A stretch of DNA of 9,127 nucleotides from Zygophlyctis sp. KS116 (lineage: Eukaryota > Fungi > Chytridiomycota), in contig BAAFSQ010000355.1 in NCBI GenBank assembly GCA_054661495.1, positions 1 to 9,127 of the forward strand, in the 5' to 3' direction. Below the pieces are notes generated by a model, which saw only the letters and a list, made by a program, of their open reading frames with translations, was not told where the DNA came from and ran no database searches. The position numbers and the translations under genes are program-made. The stretch's first letter is position 1. Each line of letters starts with the position of its first letter. Shown here one piece after another: positions 1 to 6,905 of the stretch.

Positions 1-2078
1 TGGTAACCAATCGGCCTTTCTGTTTTGGAATTTTGTATTAACCCAGCCATAATCCATTCAAGCCTCTGTGACGGATAAAAAGTTACAGCATTTTCCAATT
101 TCTTTACCAAGTCAAGAGTTCGATTATTATAACGAAGGTGAATAAATGACGAGGATATTTCAAGTTGATCTTTTTCGACCTTTTGAGTTGCAGAAAAAAA
201 TACATCAATGTCTTTGGGAAATGAGCCGAAAAAATCAGAGAGAATTATTGAGTCGGAATCCATTATTGTTATATCAAAACCAGCTTCGATAATATACCGT
301 ATCAACACCGTCTTATATTTCAAGAATGTTTGAAAACTTTTATCTCCAGGATTAAAATTATCATTAACGTTAGGGAATCCTGGCAAGAAGATTGAAAGAC
401 GCCCAACCGAGAGAAGTGCCTGGTGAATAGAAAGATCTAAAGACCAAAAAAGAATATTTTGTTTCCCTATAGATTTGAAAGAACATCCTAAGTTTGCTGC
501 TGCCAATAAATATGGCCGATTAACTGCTACCACAATCAAGTGATTCTCTTTCGTATACTCAGATAAAATTGCCCGTAGGCAATACTTATTTACTGAAATG
601 TCCTCGGTAGTACAATTTGCAGTAACATTATCATAATGATTTTTTTCAATCCAGTTCAAAAGTTTTTGTTCTTGAAAAAAATCTCCAAAAACATTGAATT
701 TCCTGATATAGAAAAAAGACGGAACCTCTTCACCATATGGGAAAAGTGAATGATCAGACCATCCGAGCCATGAAGGATGTGCTGCCCACTTTGAAAAACG
801 AATATATCTCTTGTTTTCGTTTACTAGCGAGTGGCTCATTTCAGGAGAATTGATTAAAACTTGAATTATATATTGAAAATTTACCTGTTCCAAAATACAT
901 TTCATCAGGAATATACGAATGTTCCATAAAAGCCAAGAAATTTAGAGCCATAAGGTTAGTCTTTAAAAAAATAACAAACTCAGGAGTGAGAATCATCCAT
1001 TGGTGATGTTTTACATACTTCCATTTCGGGAAAACAGAATTAATGATTCCTAAATCTTCTAAATGAAAAAGAGAAGAATCATCCATCCCCTTAAGATGCG
1101 GTCTATAGACTCTTTCAGTCATATGATCTATTATTTATTAAGTTTACTTGTACCATTTTCATTCCACCATTCTATATAATTTTTACCCAATTCTAAAGCC
1201 TCGTAGACCTGTTTATTCTTTTTCAAAGGCCAGTCATAATTCGACAAATTAATCACAAAATCCCAATCTCCTAATTCCTGTAATTCCCAAAATCCAGACA
1301 ATTGCGTTAGGACTAAACTTGAATGCCCCCAAATATTATGATTTCTATATTTTGCCAAATGTACATTTGATTCCTGTAAACCTTTTCTATTCGTGATCCA
1401 TTCCTCAATTTTCAAATACAATTGTTTGCAACTAGATTTACCATCTACATGAATCAGAATTACTGCTTCTCCATCATCTAAAATTTCTAGTAATTTTACT
1501 AAATTCGGAAATCCTTTCAGTTCATGAACCATAATCAAGAAAGCCAACTTAAACTTCTTACGATTAGCCTCCAATTTCAAATTGATTGCCGGTAATATAG
1601 GCTCAAAATAAGTAATTGGATCGATAGAAATCAATAGCGATTCCTTTGAAATATTAACAAAATGAGAGTTTCCTATTGCTGTTGAATAACAAGCAAATCT
1701 TTTCACATCTTGTCTATTTGAAAAATAATGCTGAGAAGTAATTGCTTTTTGTACTTGTGCTGCCTTGTAATCTATTAAGTTATAAAACCAAGAAGAGTCT
1801 GGATTGATTTGAGCGATCGATCCACCTAAAGAATATATATAAGCAGATCCATCAAACGTCGCATTATTAAGAATAGAGCAATATTTAAACTCTTTCCCAA
1901 CAAAAGTAAAATCCTTGTCTGCGGCTTCAGGAAAGACAGAATCACTTTGATTAAGAATAGAAACTTGATCGCTTTGATTCGGCATATGATAGAATGCCAA
2001 AGGCTCTGAAGGGGTAAAGAGGGAATACAATACATAAAGACTGGACGCAATCAACAAGCGAATGGCGAATTTCTTCAT
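1..2078 (-). CDS. Signal-anchored glycosyltransferase, GT14 (core-2/I-branching/xylosyltransferase-like) domain plus C-terminal GT77-like nucleotide-diphospho-sugar transferase domain; 3'-partial. Exons 2078-1154, 1127-885, 859-<1
   Basis: N-terminal hydrophobic anchor (FAIRLLIASSLYVLYSLF). GT14-type motifs: KLAFLIMVH, IHVDGKS, IWGHSSLV, WDFVINLSNYDWPLK, SYIPDEMYFGTVLINS (after splicing), FYIRKFN. The third exon is an open frame from 859 to the window edge (missing from the ORF track) and encodes HLIVVAVNRPYLLAAANLGCSFKSIG...NILFWSLD...KYKTVLIRYIIEAGFDITIMDSDSIILSDFF. Confidence 0.88.
860..884 (-). other. Spliceosomal intron, 25 nt
   Basis: GTAAATTTTCAATATATAATTCAAG; removal restores PDEMYFGT-V-LINS and opens the frame to the window edge. 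Confidence 0.9.
1128..1153 (-). other. Spliceosomal intron, 26 nt (an in-frame alternative donor at 1147 would give 20 nt)
   Basis: GTACAAGTAAACTTAATAAATAATAG; joins ORF 1131-2078 to ORF 841-1122 in frame (WWNEN-D-HMTERV). Confidence 0.8.
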
Positions 2079-2175
2079 TGAGAGTTCGATTCCCGACGAA
2101 TGCGTAAGTTTTTAGCAACGTCACTTGCGATTCTTTATTGTCTCCTAATCCATCTACTAAGTTTGAGCTTTCCAA
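2079..2175. promoter_or_regulatory. 97-nt divergent intergenic region (putative bidirectional promoter)
   Basis: Lies between head-to-head ATGs at 2078 (-) and 2176 (+). Promoter function is inferred from position only. Confidence 0.5.
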
Positions 2176-4548
2176 ATGTCCAAGGGAATTGAATTTAAGG
2201 CGTATCATTTATCTGAGCTGGCAAAGGAAAATCCTGGGGACTCTACTGAAATTGAAGACATTTTGGAAAAAGTTGAAAAATTCAAAAAATTAGATTTAAA
2301 CAAGAATTTAGATCAGATTGTCTTGCCGCTGACAAGCTTAATGTCTGAAAAACTATTGGATTTTTCTCTCTTTGAAATTAGAAATTACGTTTCTCAAGAG
2401 GAAAACTTAACTTTTATACAAGAATCATTGGATCTTAAACCACTCTTGCTAAATTTTACAGCTCAAGTGGTTGGTAAAATAGATCAGGAATTATCAGACA
2501 AACTAGATGAGATTATTGCTAAAGTATAATATTTTTAATTTACTCTAGGTAAAAGTTTATCAGTCTTCAAATGAAAAAGTTAAACCAGTACTGCCTAGTA
2601 GAGATAAATCTGGTTCATCATCTAGTTTAAAAAAGGAAAATGGGATTGATGAAAAGCAAGTCAAAGAGACTTCTCAGAAAAAAGGGACATTTTCTAAAAT
2701 GCTTACACATTTAACTAAAGCGCGTCCAAAGACTAATAGACCCAAGAGAAATGAAACTAATCAAGTTTTAGATCCTGCAGAGTATGTAATATTCAAATAA
2801 AAATTAGAGAAACTCAAAATGTGGATAAAAATGAAGATTTAATTTCGACTGATAAAGATAATATAGGGCATTCAAATGATCAGCTGGATCAGGATGAAAA
2901 TTCTCAAAAGGATTTAGAATCTATTCCTCCAGCAATCGAAAATTTAGCAAATATTATGAAACAAGGAAATAATAATGGTGAAAATGAAAAGTCTCCTAGC
3001 AATACTGCATCTCCTGAAAAAAAAACATCTCCTCGTGATCAGCTGCTGGAAGAAAAGCCCATCAAAGATTCTCAAGAATCTAGTAGACCCATTCCTTCTC
3101 CCGCTCCTCGGTCGGTCAAGAAAGCAGACACATCTCCTGATCGGACAGTTTTAGAATCTGAAAATCTGGAAATGACTCCTTCTAAGCCAAAAGTGGGTCC
3201 GCGTCCACCAAAGTCCTATAAAATTGATGATTCCATTATGGCAGAAGCAGGCTTGGTGCAAGATACTGATACGGTGAATATTAGCCCAGTTAGACCCCGT
3301 TCTGATATACCGAAACAAACTGATCGCCCAAAATCTGCTATTATAGTCACTAATAACATGTCACCAGTAGAAGTTACACGTCCTTTATCAATGATGGCTG
3401 AAACTCAGGACCATGATCTAATTTCGCAGATTGAATTCGATACTGGTCGGAATCACACTAATTCTTCAGAAATAATTTCGGAGCCGAAAGTCGCACCAAA
3501 GCCGACACCTCCAAAAAGACCTGTTAGAAACATTGTTAGTGATGCTCAACATGATGCAGAAGCACAACATCTTCCTCATTACCCTGCATCAAAAGTCGAA
3601 ATCATCGATAGAGGCTCAAATGAACGCCCAAAATCAGAAGTTATAACTTGTACAATCCCTAATTCTCCAATTGAAGCTAAACGACCACTTTCTGTGACAG
3701 ACGAGACTGTCCTCAAAGAAGATCCTTCTCTCGAAAACGTATCACAAGGAGAATATGTCACCTCGCCAAAACGGATACCTGGTGTTTTTGCTTCGCATCA
3801 TGGTGCGATAGGTGCATTGGCCGCTGCAGTTACAGGTCGCAAGAATAACTTTCGTAGCTCTCATACTGAATCCGATGGTTTAATGACTTCTTCAAATAGA
3901 AATGCTTCTCCAAATACGACTGAAACGGTGGAAGTAGCAGATGAGAAGGAAGGTTTTGACAATTTAGTTTCAAGCGCATCTAATGAAGACTCAGAGAAGG
4001 TATTGAAGGTTTTTTCATGAATAGAGTCATTCACAAAATGGTCCGATTAAATCCAACTCATTTATTTCGAATACCCCGCTGGTAACTAATATTTGAAAGT
4101 TACGCGTAGACATTCAAGAAAAAAGACACTAGTTTATCAGGAGATGATAAAGGCATTGAAAAGGTAAGTAATTTTTTCAATTTAATCAAAGTCTGCTTTG
4201 GACTGGTTAAACAATCATTTATCCTCCAAAAATATACACATAGAAAATCTCTATGATTCTCTTGGAGATGGCTTAAACTTAATATTTGCACTTGAGGTAT
4301 TTGATTTTTCTGTTAAAAATAAGGACGCAACAAAAGAGTCTGTCGGCAAATATAACAAGAGAACAATGTTGCCAGTTCATAAAATTGATAACCTTTCAGT
4401 GGCATTAAATTTTCTGGCTAAAAAGGGTGTTGATATCCAGTTTATCACTCCGCAAGGTATCTTTAAAAGTAAAATAACTTTTATAGATATAATGGACGGC
4501 AACAAGGGTAAACTTTTGACGCTTTTTGTAGGGATTCTTAAGTTGTGA
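2176..4548 (+). CDS. CPI-motif / Pro-rich / C-terminal calponin-homology (CH) domain protein, ~727 aa, putative actin cytoskeleton regulator. Exons 2176-2523, 2549-2781, 2808-3999, 4025-4081, 4110-4163, 4192-4296, 4324-4456, 4487-4548
   Basis: Seven GT-AG introns join the 2176, 2821 and 4198 ORFs into one frame (2184 nt including stop). Spliced C-terminus SALDWLNNHLSSKNIHIENLYDSLGDGLNLIFALEDATKESVGKYNKRTMLPVHKIDNLSVALNFLAKKGVDIQFITPQDIMDGNKGKLLTLFVGILKL matches the type-1 CH pattern of alpha-actinin/spectrin/filamin (W.N..L, L.DG..L, DI.DGN). Exon 2 encodes LTHLTKARPK. Confidence 0.8.
2524..2548 (+). other. Spliceosomal intron, 25 nt
   Basis: GTATAATATTTTTAATTTACTCTAG; phase 0; removes the stop ending ORF 2176-2529. 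Confidence 0.8.
2782..2807 (+). other. Spliceosomal intron, 26 nt
   Basis: GTATGTAATATTCAAATAAAAATTAG; joins exon 2 in frame with ORF 2821-4020. Confidence 0.85.
3187..3708 (+). repeat. Degenerate internal tandem duplication, period ~300 nt (~100 aa), within the CPI-CH gene
   Basis: PKVGPRPPK (3187) vs PKVAPKPTPPK (3484); DRPKSAIIVTNNMSPVEVTRPLSMMAET (3322-3405) vs ERPKSEVITCTIPNSPIEAKRPLSVTDET (3622-3708); shared DNA cgcccaaaatc at 3325 and 3625. Confidence 0.7.
4000..4024 (+). other. Spliceosomal intron, 25 nt
   Basis: GTATTGAAGGTTTTTTCATGAATAG; phase 0; removes the stop ending ORF 2821-4020. Confidence 0.75.
4082..4109 (+). other. Spliceosomal intron, 28 nt
   Basis: GTAACTAATATTTGAAAGTTACGCGTAG; phase 0; between 57-nt and 54-nt exons. 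Confidence 0.75.
4164..4191 (+). other. Spliceosomal intron, 28 nt
   Basis: AAG|GTAAGTAATTTTTTCAATTTAATCAAAG; perfect donor; leads in frame into the CH domain. Confidence 0.85.
4297..4323 (+). other. Spliceosomal intron, 27 nt, in-frame and stopless
   Basis: GAG|GTATTTGATTTTTCTGTTAAAAATAAG; removing VFDFSVKNK restores normal CH-domain spacing. Confidence 0.75.
4457..4486 (+). other. Spliceosomal intron, 30 nt, in-frame and stopless
   Basis: G|GTATCTTTAAAAGTAAAATAACTTTTATAG; removal gives FITPQDIMDGN (cf. CH consensus IGAEDIVDGN). Confidence 0.8.
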
Positions 4549-4565
4549 CATCACAAAATAAAAGT

Positions 4566-6874
4566 TTATATTAGATCTGAAGCTTTCGGCCTAGAGACAG
4601 AAAGTTGGGGGGCTTCAATCCATTCGTCTTCTGATTCTGAGATGTCTCTACTATTTTTGATTTTATCTGAAGTTTTAATGGGTTTCTCAAAATGCTGCTT
4701 TTTTTGATTGGACTCTTCATCAAACTCAAAGACTAGCTTTACTCCACTTGATGAAGGTCTCACAGCAGATGTTTTTGCGGCCTTCTTTTGTAAGAAACCG
4801 CTTTTACGTTCTTCTTTCTTCCTAAAAACAGGACGAAACAATTCGGATGTTTTCCTATCGTCTACTTTGGTACTTTTGTTCTACGTTTAAATGAAAAGAA
4901 CTTACAAGAATAACCTCCGTAATTTCTTTATGTGGAGCTTCGGATTCAGATTCAGAATCAGCGAAAATCGCTTTAAAAATATCCATGGATGGCTTTTCTT
5001 GCACAGGAATGTTTGTTCCATCAAGCTCATTTTCCAATTCATCATCATTTTGCAATTCTAAAATCTCATTAGCAGCTAGCATGCGATTTCGCTCCTGCTT
5101 CAATGATTCCATAGTTTTTTCATTTAAGGCCTGCTTTTCCTGCAAAGCCTTTTTCTTCGATTCTTCAGACTCGGCTTTGAAATCTGGGTGTGGGTTTGGT
5201 ACATCGAACCGTTTGCACAAAAGACGTTCTGGGTACCATTCAATAGCGGTTCTTGTTAATACACCAAATTTGCCTTTTTTTGCTGCATCTTCAGATTTCT
5301 ATTCAGTAAAAACATTTAAAAGTACTTTAATAGTATTTGTTTGTGTTTCTGGAAATTGGGGCATAGGAGCGGCAGCTGTATCTGGAGTTGTAGCAGAAAC
5401 AAATCGAGATGCCATAAATGAGGACATCGGTCTATACATTTCAGCTGCCTTTGAAAACTCTTGAAATTCTGACTCGCAGATTGTATCCTAATTTTTAATA
5501 CCAAAAGTAATCATACCAAATTATCGGTTGATTTCTCTGCCATTACTGTGAGATATAACTTATATTTTTCCTGCTTATTTTTGTCGTTCCCAAAGGGCAT
5601 AAAACCTCTTAGTGCTGATTCCGCGGTATCTTTGCTAACTTTAGGGATTGAAAATGTTCTTTTTTTAGCCTTAGAAATGTAAGATTCCAATCTTTGCTGG
5701 TCTTTCGTCCCAATATACGAAAATACTGATCTGTCCGGTCCTTTAAGCGCCTCTTCACCTAGAATATCCCTTCTTTGTTCAGGATTAAGGGCTCCATATT
5801 TGACTGTGATTTCGTCTTCAGAGAAAATATGATTTCCAGAATAATCCAATGGAATAACAGGATCAGGAAACCTTTCAGTAAAAAACATCAAAAGAATACT
5901 TCAAAATGTTCAGCAAAGTTTTCCCAACAATTACAAATCCTTTCAAGGATTGTTTTTTAAAGAGCTTCTCGGATGAGCTTGGTAGGTCCTTACTTACAGC
6001 GCTCTTTCTCGAACTCATCACCAAATCATTCTCTATATTAGCCTCATATTCAGCAGGTCTTTGATCATAAATATCATCATCTTCCTCTTCAAATATTCCC
6101 ACACCGAAACCAGTGCCAAGTTTTTGACGATTAGATTCAGTAGGTTTACCGTCAGAACCAAGATTATAACCAATTCCAAATTTATCTTTTTTGGGCTTTA
6201 GAAGCACTAATAAAGAATTCACTGGAGCAAATGAAAACTCTGAAGAGCGTATATCTTCATTGTTTGATGATGTCTTATTTCTCTTTATCCTGGGACCAAC
6301 GCCCTGCCCTTCTTTCCAGCCCATCTGCTTTAAAAGACGATTACCAATTGAATCAGTTATAGATACAGTCAAGTCCCCAGCTAAATGCTTTGCAATTTCC
6401 GACAGTGCTGTTTTCTCTAGACCTATATTATCCGCAAGTATCCTTCTTGATTCAATTTCCGCCATTGAAGTTCCAAACTGATCGTACTCTTGCGTTGCCC
6501 CGATTGAAAATGCCTTTATTTCCTTAGTTGTTAGATCAAAATTATAACAATGGTATCATGGCTGATAATAATCAAATACATACCCTTATATCTTCATCAT
6601 CCATAAAATCCTCTGGTCTTGCAGCAGAAACATTAGCTCTAGAGCTTCTAGAAGAAGAAAATTCCATTGGTCTAAATCCTTCCTTTGAGCCAACAGTATT
6701 AAAGTATCCAGCTGATCTTCCACCAGTAAATGCACCATGCAATCGCTGCCTTCCTTGCTCATCCAACGCAGATTGCAGATGGACCGGCAAAAAGTCATTC
6801 TTCTGAGCAGCATTCATGCCAACCAGTTCTAAAGGTTGGTGAGTCCCAAGAAAGACAAAGAGCTCATCTTGCAT
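4566..6874 (-). CDS. GPATCH1: G-patch domain-containing protein 1 (GPATCH1 / S. pombe Gpl1 / plant TOUGH family), ~712 aa. Exons 6874-6584, 6522-5900, 5871-5517, 5487-5326, 5298-4906, 4880-4566
   Basis: N-terminal DUF1604 signature RLHGAFTGGRSAGYFNTVGSKEGFRP...RPEDFMDDED; G-patch SIGNRLLKQMGWKEGQGVG...KFGIGY; GFMPFGNDKNKQEKY; EFSKAAEMYRPMSSFMASRF; FGVLTRTAIEWYPERLLCKRFDVPNP; KPSMDIFKAIFADS; FRPVF. Five introns give one continuous 2139-nt frame. Confidence 0.92.
4881..4905 (-). other. Spliceosomal intron, 25 nt
   Basis: GTAAGTTCTTTTCATTTAAACGTAG; phase 0; joins to the ORF 4566-4841 frame. Confidence 0.85.
5299..5325 (-). other. Spliceosomal intron, 27 nt (3n, ends in in-frame TAG)
   Basis: GTACTTTTAAATGTTTTTACTGAATAG; removes an in-frame stop between conserved GPATCH1 blocks. 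Confidence 0.85.
5488..5516 (-). other. Spliceosomal intron, 29 nt
   Basis: GTATGATTACTTTTGGTATTAAAAATTAG; phase 0; leads into DTICESEFQEFSKAAEMYRPM. Confidence 0.85.
5872..5899 (-). other. Spliceosomal intron, 28 nt
   Basis: GTATTCTTTTGATGTTTTTTACTGAAAG; phase 2; joins NILK to FPDPVIPLDY. Confidence 0.8.
6523..6583 (-). other. Spliceosomal intron, 61 nt (size outlier; canonical CTAAC branch point)
   Basis: GTATGTATTTGATTATTATCAGCCATGATACCATTGTTATAATTTTGATCTAACAACTAAG; phase 0; joins DDEDIR to EIKAFSIGATQEYDQFG in frame with ORF 5875-6465. Confidence 0.8.
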
Positions 6875-6905
6875 TATTTGTAGGCCTGTGAGTGGGTTAA
6901 ATAAG

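Noticed and set aside
2082-2094. GAGTTCGATTCCC resembles a tRNA T-loop / Pol III B-box
   Set aside because: The flanks do not form a 5-bp T-stem, no cloverleaf or A-box is visible, and the upstream part would overlap the GT14 CDS. At most an isolated TFIIIC-like site.
2118-2123. ACGTCA (ATF/CREB-like site) in the divergent spacer
   Set aside because: A single hexamer is expected by chance and has no supporting context.
1826-2208. Short minus-strand ORFs 1826-2050 and 1951-2208
   Set aside because: Alternative frames overlapping the GT14 start and gene 2 start with no protein-like features.
3579-4291. Minus-strand ORFs 3579-3761 and 4100-4291
   Set aside because: Short antisense shadows of the CPI-CH gene.
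4985-5464. 159-aa + strand ORF (also 4708-4890, 5775-5960, 6191-6481, 6528-6806)
   Set aside because: Ser/Phe-rich antisense shadows of the Glu/Lys-rich GPATCH1 coding strand with no recognisable motifs.
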